Positions 1-9,679 of a stretch of DNA of 32,000 nucleotides are shown here, one piece after another. The first letter of the stretch is position 1, and each line of letters starts with the position of its first letter. The position numbers and the translations under genes are program-made. Source of the stretch: Phycisphaera mikurensis NBRC 102666 (GTDB lineage Bacteria; Planctomycetota; Phycisphaerae; Phycisphaerales; Phycisphaeraceae); NCBI RefSeq assembly GCF_000284115.1, contig NC_017080.1, forward strand, positions 1,380,001-1,412,000. The letters run 5' to 3'. The notes beneath the pieces were generated by a model. The model did no database searches and was not told the DNA's origin. It saw only the letters and a program-made list of their open reading frames with translations.

Positions 1-1
1 C

Positions 2-79
2 CAGCCGGAGCTGACCGAGCAGCGGGTGAAGGACTGGGTCGAGCAGGTCAAGCGAGAGCTTGAGGCCGTGCCGGCCTGA
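2..79 (+). CDS. 3' end of a CDS entering from the left (…QPELTEQRVKDWVEQVKRELEAVPA*)
   Basis: Open frame to TGA at 77-79 with natural residue composition, followed by a 7-bp stem hairpin (103-120); start lies outside the window. Confidence 0.45.
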   Translation, partial: QPELTEQRVKDWVEQVKRELEAVPA

Positions 80-102
80 TCCGGGCGGGAAGCGCCGGCT
101 GA

Positions 103-120
103 CGGGGGCGGCTGCCCCCG
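103..120 (+). terminator. Possible hairpin terminator after the partial CDS (CGGGGGC-GGCT-GCCCCCG)
   Basis: Perfect 7-bp stem with 4-nt loop 24 nt after the stop; no T-tract, so weak. Confidence 0.3.
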
Positions 121-322
121 CGTTGAAGCTTTGGGAGCGTCGATCGCACCGCTGGAGCCTGCCCCCGCGGCGGGCTGTCCGTGCGCTCGCCGCTGCCGCT
201 CCGAGGCGCTGGTTCCGGCGATCACTGGGGGGGAAATCCGCAAAAGGTTGCGAGGGTCGTTCAGTCTGTGCCGAAGAAGGGCGATAGACGGGCGAACCTC
301 CTTCCCTCCTCCAAGGAACCTC

Positions 323-544
323 ATGCGTCTTCCCCACGACCCGATCCGCGACAACCTCCACGACCTTGTTCGCGGGCTCGACGGCCGCGAGAAAGCGATC
401 GTCATGCTGTACTACGCGGACGAGCTCCAGCCCGAGGAGGTCAGTGCCGTGATGGAGTTGCCGGTGACGGTGATCACCGCGACGCTGAGGTCGTTCCGCG
501 CCTCCGCCGCGACCATCCTCGCTCCGCGGCTCCTCGCCGCCTGA
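323..544 (+). CDS. Small stand-alone sigma-70 region 4-like HTH protein (73 aa)
   Basis: MRLPHDPIRDNLHDLVRGLDGREKAIVMLYYADELQPEEVSAVMELPVTVITATLRSF resembles FliA/ECF sigma region 4 (REK..V.LYY.DEL...E...V); AGGA just upstream of the ATG. Confidence 0.65.
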   Translation: MRLPHDPIRDNLHDLVRGLDGREKAIVMLYYADELQPEEVSAVMELPVTVITATLRSFRASAATILAPRLLAA

Positions 545-597
545 GCGGGATCGCGTCGCCTCGGTGCGCCGCGTGCTCGGCACGCGGCGCCGGCGGA

Positions 598-1311
598 TCA
601 GCGGGGCGCAAGGCTTCGTCCGCCGACCGCTGCGCTCACGTCCGCCACGCGGCCGGGGCCCACGGCGTACACCCGGTCGCCCGGCCGCGGGCGGATCGGG
701 TGTACGCCGGTGAAGGCCCCGAAGGCGGGCAGCAGGGCGGTGCTCCCGCGGAACAGGAAGCAGGGCATCCGCATGCGGTCCCGGCCGGTTCTGATCGACA
801 CCGCCGGGTGCAGGTGCCCGCAGAAGGTCGGCGTCGCTCCGTCGCCGCAGGGCTCCGCGAGGCCGGCCGCGGGCTCGTGCGCGAAGGCGACCCCGCCGTC
901 CCCGATCGGGCCGTTGACGCACCGGATCCGCAGCGAAGCGGGCGGGTCGCCGGCGTGGCGGTCGTGGTTCCCGCGGACGTTCTCGATCCGCAGCTCCGGC
1001 CAGGCGGCCCGGAAGGCCTCGAGGCGGCCGAGCACGGCGTCGGTCACCCCCTGGCGGTTGTGGAAGAGGTCGCCGAGGACGACCAGCCGCCTCGCCCCGA
1101 CAGCGCGGAGCAGCGCGTCGAGGCGGCCGAGCGTGTCGCCGTCGGCGCCGTCCGGCACCGGGATGCCGGAGGCGCGGAAGTGATCGGACTTGCCGAGGTG
1201 CAGGTCCGTCACCAGCACCGTGGCGTCGCGGACGCGTACCAGCGCCCGCTCGGCACGGACCTCCCAATCGTCGCCGCCGAAGCGGGTGTGCAGCGTCATC
1301 GCGAGGATCAT
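598..1311 (-). CDS. pdeM: Calcineurin-like phosphoesterase, ligase-associated DNA damage response endonuclease PdeM-like
   Basis: Motifs VTDLHLGKSDHFR, VVLGDLFHNR, VRGNHDRHAG, FCGHLHPAV; 237 aa, typical of the family. Confidence 0.8.
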   Translation of the reverse strand: MILAMTLHTRFGGDDWEVRAERALVRVRDATVLVTDLHLGKSDHFRASGIPVPDGADGDTLGRLDALLRAVGARRLVVLGDLFHNRQGVTDAVLGRLEAFRAAWPELRIENVRGNHDRHAGDPPASLRIRCVNGPIGDGGVAFAHEPAAGLAEPCGDGATPTFCGHLHPAVSIRTGRDRMRMPCFLFRGSTALLPAFGAFTGVHPIRPRPGDRVYAVGPGRVADVSAAVGGRSLAPR

Positions 1312-1375
1312 GGGGATGGGACTCCTTTCCGAGGGAAGCGGCTCTCCTTCCGTGGAAGCCGCGGACCGTGAGCGT

Positions 1376-2569
1376 TCAGGCGGGAATCAGCCGGCGGTCC
1401 GCGGATCCGCGGAGGCTCGGCTTGCCGGTCGCCCCGTCGCGGACGACCTCGCGGTAGAGCGTGTCCCGCTCGACGGGCGTGTACCCGGCCTCGGCGATGG
1501 TCCGCTCCAGCACCGGCACGCTGACCTCCTGGTGCGTCGGCCTCGCGTCCTCGCTCTGGACCTTGGTGATGTCGTACCAGACGACGGTGCCGTCGATGTC
1601 GTCGGCGCCGAAGTCGAGCATCACCTGGGCCATCGGCAGCGTCTGCATGATCCAGAATGCCTTGAGATGCTCGACGTTGTCGAGCATCAGCCGGGCGACG
1701 GCGATCGTGCGGAGGTTCTCCATCCCGGTCGGCCCCGGCAGGTGCTCCAGCGGGCTGCCGTCGGGGAAGAAGGGCAGCGGGATGAGGCACTGGAAGCGGG
1801 CGGGGAAGCCGCTGTCGATCGCCACGTCCTGCTCGTCGCGGAGCGCGAGCAGGTGATTCAGCCGGTTCTCGCGGCTCTCCAGGTGCCCGTAGAGCATCGT
1901 CGCGTTCGTGAAGAGCCCCAGCTCGTGCGCGACGCGGTGCACGGTCAGCCACTCGTCGCTGCGGATCTTGCCCCGCCACGCCTCGCGGTGCACGCGGTCG
2001 TCGAAGACCTCGGCCCCGCCGCCGGGCAGCGAGTCGAGCCCCGCCGCCTGGAGGTCCTGGAGCACCGAACGCACGCCGCCGGCGAAGTCGCTCCGCAACG
2101 CCCGCTTGCTCACGCGGGCGAAGTGCACGATCTCCACCGCCGTGAAGGCCTTGAGGTGCAGGCCGGGCGCGACGGCCTTGAGCCCGGCGAGCAGGTCGGT
2201 GTAGTAGCGGAAGGGCAGCTTGGGGTGGAGCCCGCCGACGATGTGCATCTCCGTGGCGCCGGCCGCCTCGGCCTCGACCGCCTCCGCCTGGGCCTGCTCC
2301 ACGGTGTACGCGTACGCCCCCGCCTGGCCCGGCTTCCGCTGGAACTCGCAGAACTTGCAGCTGAGCACGCAGACGTTGGAGTAGTTCAGGTGCCGGTTGA
2401 CGTTGTAGAAAGCCCGGTCCCCGTGCATCCGCCGCCGCACGCCCCCGGCGAGCTCGCCGACGCCCCAGAGGTCGGGCGTCTCGAAGAGCACCCGGCCGTC
2501 GCCGAGTCCGAGGCGCTCGCCGCCATCGAGCTTCTCGGCGATCTCCTGCAGCCGTGGGTCGTTCCGCAT
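1376..2569 (-). CDS. mqnE: Radical SAM aminofutalosine synthase (futalosine menaquinone pathway)
   Basis: 397 aa with NVCVLSCKFCEFQRKPG (CxxxCxxC), ATEMHIVGGLHP, full-length MqnE-like sequence. Confidence 0.85.
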   Translation of the reverse strand: MRNDPRLQEIAEKLDGGERLGLGDGRVLFETPDLWGVGELAGGVRRRMHGDRAFYNVNRHLNYSNVCVLSCKFCEFQRKPGQAGAYAYTVEQAQAEAVEAEAAGATEMHIVGGLHPKLPFRYYTDLLAGLKAVAPGLHLKAFTAVEIVHFARVSKRALRSDFAGGVRSVLQDLQAAGLDSLPGGGAEVFDDRVHREAWRGKIRSDEWLTVHRVAHELGLFTNATMLYGHLESRENRLNHLLALRDEQDVAIDSGFPARFQCLIPLPFFPDGSPLEHLPGPTGMENLRTIAVARLMLDNVEHLKAFWIMQTLPMAQVMLDFGADDIDGTVVWYDITKVQSEDARPTHQEVSVPVLERTIAEAGYTPVERDTLYREVVRDGATGKPSLRGSADRRLIPA

Positions 2570-2752
2570 CGCCGCCGACGATAGGTCGCGCCGGTGCGTG
2601 CTCGGGCGCGGGGAGGCTCGGCCCCGTCTGCTCCCAGCTGGGTTCGCTCGGCGTCCAGGTCGTGCCGGCCCCTCCCGAGCGTCCGCGCGGCCGGACAGGT
2701 CTTACATTGCCGGATTCCGATTCCTCCAAGGCGGCCGTCCCGCACCCCTGTC

Positions 2753-4066
2753 ATGCCCAAGATCTACTTCCCCGACGTCCAGAAGATCGTCTACGCCGGT
2801 CCGGACTCGACCGACCCCTTGACCTTCAAGCACTACGACCCCGAGGCGCTCGTCGAGGGCAAGAGCATGCGCGACCACCTCCGCTTCTCGGCGAGCTACT
2901 GGCACGCGATGGTGCAGGGCGCGGCGGACCCCTTCGGCGGGCCCACGCGGCCGCTGCCCTGGACGGAAGCGAGCGACCCGGTGCAGGCGGCGCGGGACAC
3001 GCTCGATGCGATGTTCGAGTTCCTCCAGAAGATGGACCTGGGCTTCTGGTGCTTCCACGACCGCGACATCGCCCCCGAGCTCGAAACGCTCGAGGCGACC
3101 AACGCCGCCTTCGACGAGATCGTGGGCCTCGCGGAGGAGAAGCAGCGGGAAACGGGGATCAAGCTGCTCTGGGGCACCGCCAACCTCTTCAGCCACAAGC
3201 GATACATGGCCGGCGCCGGCACGTCGCCGTGCCCGGAGGTGTTCGCGCACGGAGCGGCGCAGATCAAGAAGGCCCTGGAGGCCACGCACCGCCTCGGTGG
3301 CGCCGGCTACACCTTCTGGGGCGGCCGCGAGGGCTACGACACGCTCCTGAACACGCGCCTCTCGGCGGAGCTCGGACGCTTCGCGAAGCTCTTGAGGCTT
3401 GCCGTCGACCACAAGAGAAAGATCGGCTTCACCGGGGCTTTCTACATCGAGCCAAAGCCCTGCGAGCCGACGACCTTCCAGTACGACAACGACGCCGCGG
3501 CTTGCTACGCCTTCCTCCAGCACCACGGCCTGGAGAAGGAGTTCAGCATGAACATCGAGGCCAACCACGCGACGCTGGCGGGGCGGGCCTTCGAGCACGA
3601 GCTGGCCTACTCGGCCGAGCACGGGATCCTCGGCAGCGTCGACGCGAACCGCGGCGACCCGATGCTCGGCTGGGACACCGACCAGTTCCCGACGAATCTG
3701 TACGACACCACCGCCGCGATGGGCGTGATCCTGGGGATGGGTGGCTTCACGACCGGCGGCCTCAACTTCGATGCCCGGCTGCGTCGGCAGAGCGTCGAAC
3801 CTTACGACCTCTTCCACGCCCACATCGGCGGGATGGATGCGTTCGCCCGGGGGCTCAAGGCCGCGGCCAAGATCCGTGCCGAGGGCCGGATCGAGGCGCT
3901 CGTCGCGGAGCGCTACCGAGGGTGGGAGAGCGAGCTGGGCCGGAAGATCGACGCCGGCGAGGCGAGCCTCGATTCGCTCTTCGAGCACGCCGTGAAGGCG
4001 GACGTCGGGTCCGCGCCCGCCGGTCGGCAGGAGCGGCTGGAGAACCTGCTCAACGAGGCGATCTGA
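2753..4066 (+). CDS. xylA: Xylose isomerase
   Basis: Signatures FHDRDIAPE and NIEANHATLAGRAFEHELAYSAEHGILGSVDANRGDPMLGWDTDQFPT; ATG at 2753 gives the typical 437 aa. The track ORF start at 2594 is too far upstream. Confidence 0.95.
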   Translation: MPKIYFPDVQKIVYAGPDSTDPLTFKHYDPEALVEGKSMRDHLRFSASYWHAMVQGAADPFGGPTRPLPWTEASDPVQAARDTLDAMFEFLQKMDLGFWCFHDRDIAPELETLEATNAAFDEIVGLAEEKQRETGIKLLWGTANLFSHKRYMAGAGTSPCPEVFAHGAAQIKKALEATHRLGGAGYTFWGGREGYDTLLNTRLSAELGRFAKLLRLAVDHKRKIGFTGAFYIEPKPCEPTTFQYDNDAAACYAFLQHHGLEKEFSMNIEANHATLAGRAFEHELAYSAEHGILGSVDANRGDPMLGWDTDQFPTNLYDTTAAMGVILGMGGFTTGGLNFDARLRRQSVEPYDLFHAHIGGMDAFARGLKAAAKIRAEGRIEALVAERYRGWESELGRKIDAGEASLDSLFEHAVKADVGSAPAGRQERLENLLNEAI

Positions 4067-4098
4067 AGAGAGCGGCCTCCGGCCGCTTCGGATCGGCT

Positions 4099-5517
4099 TC
4101 AGGCCGCTTCGGCGAGGCCCTCGTCTTCCGTCTCGACCTTGAGGTTCTCCGCCACCGCCTCCAGCGCGTCGAAGAGCAGGGCCGCGTCGCCGCGGAGCAC
4201 GTTGCACATCGGCCGCATCTCGCCACCGGCGGGCAGAGCCGCGAGGCCGAAGGTGGCGTTCCGGGCCCGCACGAAGAGGGTGAGGGGCTCGCTGAGCGGC
4301 AGCGACCAGGTCGTCCGGTAGAGGTGGAAGACCAGCCGCTGGTCGGTGACGAGGATGCCGCCGAGCCCCGCGTCCTTCTCGGAGCTGTGGCTGTCGCGGG
4401 CGTAGGCGCGGAAGTGCTCGCCCTTGCGGAACGTGCACCACATGCCGATGCGGTCGCGGGTGCTCTGGGGGAGCCGCGTCCAGGCTTCGGAGCTGACCCG
4501 GGAGCCCTTCTGCTGGAGCAGGGCGAAGCTCTCGTGGCAGATCCCGTTCACGGCGGCGACCCAGGCCAGCGCCGCCTCGGGGGACGGGATCACGACCTCG
4601 CAGTAGCCGGCGTGGGCGGCGGTGTTGCTGATGTGCGCCTCGCACGCCAGCGACGACTCGTGGTGGCCGGCCGAGACCGCGTAGGGCATGGCCAGGTTCA
4701 GCGGCGGCGGCAGCTCCTCGAGCAGCCCGGTCTCCTCCACGAAGGCGGCGGCGCTGTATTTGCCACGGATCGCCTTCTCGTTCCGCAGCTCGACCATCCG
4801 CACGAGCTCGTCGCCGTCCTCGTGCTGGTTGTTGAAGACCATCGGGCGTGCGTAGGCGTTGCCTCCGAGGGGCTTGCCGCTGAAAACGCAGATCCCCGGA
4901 ACCGAGGCCCGGAAGCGGGGGTCGCGCAGCTGCTCCATCGGGAAGCACAAGCGGATCCCGACCGCGGAGATGCTGCGCACCATGAGAAAGGGGCCCGGGT
5001 TGGCGTCGACCGGGTAGCCGGCTGGAGGCGCGGCGGCGGCGGTCGCGGCGGCCGCGACACGCGGAGCGGGCGTCGCGGCTTGCGACGCGGGAGCGGGAGC
5101 GGCCGGCGGGCGCGGTGCGCCGGCCGCCGGCTTCGCCCGGGCGGCGGGCTCGGGCTCGGGCGCCCGCTCCCGCAGCGCGTCCAGCGCGTCCTCGTCCTCC
5201 TCGCTCAGCTCGTCCGTCTCCCGGGCGCGGGCGGCCTGCCGGGCCGCCCGGTCGAACTTCTTCGGCGGGGCGAAGGCATCGTGGGTGCCGAACTCGCGGT
5301 CCTCGCTGAGCATGTCGGAGAGGAAGTCGCCGAGCTCCTCGTCGACGTTGACCGCCCGGGCGGGCTTGGGCTCGGGCTTGGGCGCTTGGAGCGCCGGCAC
5401 GCGCACGACCTCCTTGCAGCTGCCGCAGCGGGCCCGCCTCCCGGCGGCTTCGCCGGGGAGCCGGATGCGCTGGCGGCAGCCGGGGCAGTCGAACTTGATC
5501 ACCGCGGGGAGAGCCAT
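4099..5517 (-). CDS. Hypothetical protein with N-terminal zinc-ribbon-like motif and Pro/Ala-rich linker
   Basis: FDCPGCRQRIRLPGEAAGRRARCGSCKEV, then an acidic and A/P-rich linker and a conserved-looking globular C-terminal half; 472 aa. Confidence 0.75.
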   Translation of the reverse strand: MALPAVIKFDCPGCRQRIRLPGEAAGRRARCGSCKEVVRVPALQAPKPEPKPARAVNVDEELGDFLSDMLSEDREFGTHDAFAPPKKFDRAARQAARARETDELSEEDEDALDALRERAPEPEPAARAKPAAGAPRPPAAPAPASQAATPAPRVAAAATAAAAPPAGYPVDANPGPFLMVRSISAVGIRLCFPMEQLRDPRFRASVPGICVFSGKPLGGNAYARPMVFNNQHEDGDELVRMVELRNEKAIRGKYSAAAFVEETGLLEELPPPLNLAMPYAVSAGHHESSLACEAHISNTAAHAGYCEVVIPSPEAALAWVAAVNGICHESFALLQQKGSRVSSEAWTRLPQSTRDRIGMWCTFRKGEHFRAYARDSHSSEKDAGLGGILVTDQRLVFHLYRTTWSLPLSEPLTLFVRARNATFGLAALPAGGEMRPMCNVLRGDAALLFDALEAVAENLKVETEDEGLAEAA

Positions 5518-5566
5518 GGCCTCTTCTTCGGCCGAAACGGCGGGGCGGTGAAGCGGCCGCCGGCGC

Positions 5567-6361
5567 TCAAGGCGTCGATGCGGCCGGATCGGTCAGGCCC
5601 GCCTCGCGGAAGCCGGCGGCCCGCAGGTGGCAGGCGTCGCAGCGCCCGCAGGCCCGGCCGCTCGCCGCCGGCGCGTAGCAGCTCAGGGTGTCGCCGTAGT
5701 CGACGCCGAGCGCGGTGCCCCGGCGGATGATCTCCGCCTTGGAGAGGCGGATCAGCGGGGCGTGGACGCGGAAGCCGCCGGTGGGCGACGCCTCCACGCC
5801 CGCTCTGGTGGCGAGGTTCGCGAGCCTCTCGAAGGCCTCGACGAAAGCCGGGCGGCAGTCGGGGTAGCCGGAGTAGTCCACCGCGTTGACGCCGATGAAG
5901 AGGTCGCGGGCGCCCGTGGCCTCGGCGAGGGCCAGCGCCACGCTCAGGAACACGGTGTTCCGCGCCGGGACGTAGGTCGGCGGGATGCCGGGATCCGGCG
6001 GCTGCTGGCCGTCCCGCTGCGGCACCTCGATCGCCGCATCCGTCAGCGCCGAGCCGCCGAAGGCAGAGAGGTCGAGGTCGACGACGCGGTGGTCCGCGAC
6101 GCCGGCGGCGTCGGCCACCCGGGCCGCCGCCGCCAGCTCGTCCCCGTGCCGCTGCCCGTAGCGGAACGAGAGGGCGGTCACCCGGAAACCTTCTCGCTTC
6201 GCGATCGCCAGGACCGTCGCGGAGTCCAGCCCCCCCGAGAGGAGCACCACCGCCCGGCGGATCGGCGGCGTGGGCGTGCCGGACGGGGCGGGGGCGGTGT
6301 CGGCTTCCACGGCCGCAAGGTAGCGCCCGGCTCCACCGGGCGTCCCTACGGTGCCCGCCAT
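5567..6361 (-). CDS. queC: 7-cyano-7-deazaguanine synthase
   Basis: [21 protein letters not shown]-loop and C-terminal zinc motif [21 protein letters not shown]. Start uncertain: ATG 6361 or GTG 6310; the track's 6394 would run into queF. Confidence 0.92.
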   Translation of the reverse strand: MAGTVGTPGGAGRYLAAVEADTAPAPSGTPTPPIRRAVVLLSGGLDSATVLAIAKREGFRVTALSFRYGQRHGDELAAAARVADAAGVADHRVVDLDLSAFGGSALTDAAIEVPQRDGQQPPDPGIPPTYVPARNTVFLSVALALAEATGARDLFIGVNAVDYSGYPDCRPAFVEAFERLANLATRAGVEASPTGGFRVHAPLIRLSKAEIIRRGTALGVDYGDTLSCYAPAASGRACGRCDACHLRAAGFREAGLTDPAASTP

Positions 6362-6713
6362 GATCGACGCCGACCTGCTCGAGTTCTTCCCCAACCCCGC
6401 TCCGGACCAGCCCTACCTCATCGAGCACGTGCACGAGGAGTTCACCAGCGTGTGCCCGAAGACCGGGCACCCGGACTTCGGCGAGGTCGTGATCCGGTAC
6501 CGCCCCGGAGAAGCCTGCGTCGAGCTCAAGAGCCTGAAGATCTACTTCCAGGGCTTCCGCGACGCGGGCATCTTCTACGAGGCGGTCACCAACCGCGTCG
6601 CCGACGACCTGCACGAGGCCATGAAGCCGCGCACGCTCGAGGTCGAGACCCGCTGGCGGGGCCGCGGCGGGATCCGCTCGGTCATCACCGCCACCCGCGG
6701 CGAGGCGGGTTGA
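6360..6713 (+). CDS. queF: NADPH-dependent 7-cyano-7-deazaguanine reductase
   Basis: [47 protein letters not shown]...; 117 aa from ATG (GTG at 6351 also possible). Confidence 0.95.
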   Translation: MIDADLLEFFPNPAPDQPYLIEHVHEEFTSVCPKTGHPDFGEVVIRYRPGEACVELKSLKIYFQGFRDAGIFYEAVTNRVADDLHEAMKPRTLEVETRWRGRGGIRSVITATRGEAG

Positions 6714-6809
6714 TGCACGCTGCGCAAGCGACCGCGGGAGCCCCGGGGGGCTCCCGCTGAGAGGAGAATCCGGAGGACCGCGGGCGCTGGAGCCAGCCCG
6801 CGGCCGCGG

Positions 6810-8633
6810 TCAGCGCGACTGCAGGCGACGCCGGCGGGAGGCGAGGACGCCCAGCCCGGCGAGCATCGCGAGCGTGGTCGGCTCGGGGACGACGCGGAAG
6901 GCGTCGACCCGGGCGTTGAGATCCGCCACGCTGAGCCCCGTCACCTCCGAGAAGCCGGTGATGTCATCCCGCGTGACGAGGCCGTCCTGCGTGAAGTCGC
7001 CGAGCAGGTTCGCGATCTGGAGGAACTGCTGCCCCTGCCGCGGGTCGCCGTCGGGGGTAAGCCCCTCGGCGATCGCGATCGCCCGCGCGAAGGCATCGGC
7101 GTCGGCGACGTCGGTGTTCATCGAGAGGTTCATGTCGCCGGCGGGCGGCACGCCGAAGTCCGGGTCGCCCGCGCCCTCCGGGACAACGAAGTCGTCGGGC
7201 GCGTTCCGGTGGACCAGGATCCCGTCGCCGCGGTCTTCGTACTGGCTGGCGTCGAAACGCTTCAGGTACCCGAACGTGCTCGGCTCGACCAGCATCTCCT
7301 CGTTGCCGTAGCCCTCGACGAGCGACTCCGCGAAGCTCGGCAGGCTCTCGTCGATGTAGGCGCGGAGGGCCTGCTCGACGTCGGCTTCGGAGGCATCCTC
7401 GTCGAGGTTCAGCACGGCCGCGGTCTGGGTGATGGACTGCGAGGGATTCCCGCCCGCCAGCTGCATCAGCTCGCTGTAGCCGAGCTCGGGGCCGATCTCC
7501 TCGTCGAAGTAGAGCTGCAGGAGCCCCGCTTGCCGCTGCTGGATGGACGCCAGCTGCGCCGTCGAGACCTGCATGGTGTTCGGGTCCGCCTCGGGATCCG
7601 GGTCCGGCGTCGGATCCGGGAGGTCGGGATCGTCGCCGTCGGGGATCAGCTCGGGGTTGAAGTTGAAGATCGACACCGGGTTGCCCGGGGACCCGCGGAA
7701 CGCGCCGAGCTGGCTGCGGGTGTCCGCATCCGAGAGCACGGTGCTCTCGCCGAGCGTGTCCTGGATGTTGTCGTAGAAGTCCTTGTAAGCCGCCGCGCGG
7801 ACCTCGCTGGCGATCGTCGTGAACTGGCTGAAGCCCTGGCCGAAGCTGACCACGCCCGCGATCTCGCCGTCGATGAACGTCGGCGAGCCGGAGTCGCCGA
7901 AGCTCGTCTGCCACTCCAGCGGCAGGCGGAAATCCTGCAGGCTGTCGCGGCCGGGAAGAATCGCGTCGTCCTCGTTGCCGAACTCGCCGCTGTAGTACTG
8001 CTCGTAGAAGCTCTCGAAGGGTGCGGCTTCCCCCGGGTTGAAGTCGAAGTCGTGGCTGATGATCTGCCGGCCGCGGCCCCCCGCGCTGTCGTAGTGGTTG
8101 TACCCGCCGCGGCGGACGCCGTCGTAGATGAAGTCGGCACCGAAGAGCCCCGTGCCCGTCGTGCCGTAGCCAACGTGCTTGAAGTCCTGCCCGACGGGAT
8201 CCCCCTCGTAGATGTCGTACCGCTTCAGAGCGTCCGAGACGTCGTCCTCCAGGCGGACCAGCGCGACGTCGCCCCGGCCGAAGCCCTGGAAGACGTTGTA
8301 GTCGGTCGGGATGTACCAGTCCCTCGCCGTGTAGTTCAGCGAGTTGCTCCCGTCGGCCGTCGCGTTGCCGAAGCGCAGCTCGATCTGCGGGGCGTCGACG
8401 ATGACGTGGGCGGCGGTGAGGAAGTAGCGGTCGCCGATCAGCGCACCGGAGCCCGTGAACTGGCCGTTGATGTACACGGCGCCCACGCCGTTCTCCTGCT
8501 GGCCGATCAGCCGGTTGAAGCCGTCGAAGGATTCGTCGACGTTGATCCCGGCGGAGGCCGAGCCGGCGGTCGTCGCCGCGAGGAGCGTCCCGGTGAACGC
8601 TGCCCCGGACGGGAAGATTCGGAAGTGCTGCAT
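6810..8633 (-). CDS. Secreted trypsin-like serine protease with dockerin-like segment and PEP-CTERM sorting signal
   Basis: Signal peptide; triad motifs LTAAHV, DVALVRLEDD, SFGDSGSPTF; GDFTQDGLVTRDD repeat; C-terminus VVPEPTTLAMLAGLGVLASRRRR. Confidence 0.85.
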   Translation of the reverse strand: MQHFRIFPSGAAFTGTLLAATTAGSASAGINVDESFDGFNRLIGQQENGVGAVYINGQFTGSGALIGDRYFLTAAHVIVDAPQIELRFGNATADGSNSLNYTARDWYIPTDYNVFQGFGRGDVALVRLEDDVSDALKRYDIYEGDPVGQDFKHVGYGTTGTGLFGADFIYDGVRRGGYNHYDSAGGRGRQIISHDFDFNPGEAAPFESFYEQYYSGEFGNEDDAILPGRDSLQDFRLPLEWQTSFGDSGSPTFIDGEIAGVVSFGQGFSQFTTIASEVRAAAYKDFYDNIQDTLGESTVLSDADTRSQLGAFRGSPGNPVSIFNFNPELIPDGDDPDLPDPTPDPDPEADPNTMQVSTAQLASIQQRQAGLLQLYFDEEIGPELGYSELMQLAGGNPSQSITQTAAVLNLDEDASEADVEQALRAYIDESLPSFAESLVEGYGNEEMLVEPSTFGYLKRFDASQYEDRGDGILVHRNAPDDFVVPEGAGDPDFGVPPAGDMNLSMNTDVADADAFARAIAIAEGLTPDGDPRQGQQFLQIANLLGDFTQDGLVTRDDITGFSEVTGLSVADLNARVDAFRVVPEPTTLAMLAGLGVLASRRRRLQSR

Positions 8634-8683
8634 GGGTGACCTGGGGAGGAGCCGCGTGGCGCGGGCGGGGTTGGTGGATCGGA

Positions 8684-9520
8684 CTAGTCGTTCGCCAGGA
8701 GCGTCCAGCCGCCGCCGGGATTGAAGAGGCTACCGGCCCCGATGGTGGCGTGGGGGCGGTCGAGCGCGACGTGGCCGTCGAGGTGGGCGTAGTTGTAGGT
8801 GCGGTCGCCGGCGTTGCCGTGGAAGATCTCCGCTTGGCGGTCCTGCACGAAGGGCCGCTCGACGACCGCCCCGTCGAAGGCGCCCTGCACGTTGAGCACG
8901 CGGGGGCCGCGGACCCGGGGGGTGGGGCTGGCGCCGGTGAAGGTGTAGGTCCGCGACGGCGCGGGGACCTCGTGGGTGCCCAGCTGCAGCGGCGTCATCG
9001 GCTTGGGGCCTCCTCCCGCCGCGATAGTCGCCGTGGCGACGCCGTCCTTGGCGAGGTCCCGGCGATCGGCGGCCGTCCGGACGAAGCCCCGCCCGGTCAT
9101 CGCGTAGCTCCGCGTGGCCGCCGTGGGTTCCGCTGCGATCAGCGGGTCCGAGGGGCACTGGAAGATCGAGCTGCCCTTCTCGGGCGGCCGCAGCGTGGAG
9201 AGGCGGTCGGCTGCCGTCAGCCGCTGGTCAAGGTAGAAGTCCAATGCGTCGTCCCAGCTCTCCACCGAGCCGCCGGCGCTCACGTTGTGGAAGATCAACG
9301 CGTAGACGAACCCGTCCTTGGCGTCCACCGCGTAGGCCGATCCGGCGATGCCGATCTGGCGCAGGTTGCTCGCGCAGGCGACCTGCCGCGAGACCCCCCG
9401 CGCCGCCCCCAGGGCCGGCAGCAGGATGCCGATGAGGAGGGCGATGATCGAGATCACCACCAGCAGCTCGATGAGCGTGAACGCGCAGCGACCGGTCGGG
9501 TTGGCGGGGCGGCGGCGCAT
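8684..9520 (-). CDS. Type II secretion pseudopilin-like protein (prepilin N-terminal methylation motif, H-X-DG-like C-terminus)
   Basis: [31 protein letters not shown]; [15 protein letters not shown] near the C-terminus. ATG 9520 preferred over the track start at 9616. Confidence 0.85.
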   Translation of the reverse strand: MRRRPANPTGRCAFTLIELLVVISIIALLIGILLPALGAARGVSRQVACASNLRQIGIAGSAYAVDAKDGFVYALIFHNVSAGGSVESWDDALDFYLDQRLTAADRLSTLRPPEKGSSIFQCPSDPLIAAEPTAATRSYAMTGRGFVRTAADRRDLAKDGVATATIAAGGGPKPMTPLQLGTHEVPAPSRTYTFTGASPTPRVRGPRVLNVQGAFDGAVVERPFVQDRQAEIFHGNAGDRTYNYAHLDGHVALDRPHATIGAGSLFNPGGGWTLLAND

Positions 9521-9679
9521 GCGTCTGTGATGGCAGTCTAGCGCTTCACGCGCGCTGTTTCTTGTCCCGGCCCGCCCGCAGAGTCGGTCAGGAGGGTCCG
9601 CACGGTATGTTGACATCGGTCCGCGGCGGCGAGCCCGAGCTCTCGTCGGGAGCCAGCCGCTGGAGCCGCGGCTGGGACC

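Noticed and set aside
598-1311. Possible DNA-repair/defence island around PdeM
   Set aside because: No Lhr-type helicase, ligase or exonuclease partner in the window; neighbours are mqnE and a small sigma-like protein.
2554-5730. 1058-aa + strand ORF overlapping xylA and the zinc-ribbon gene
   Set aside because: Out of frame with xylA, Arg/Pro/Gly-biased; artefact of GC-rich codon positions.
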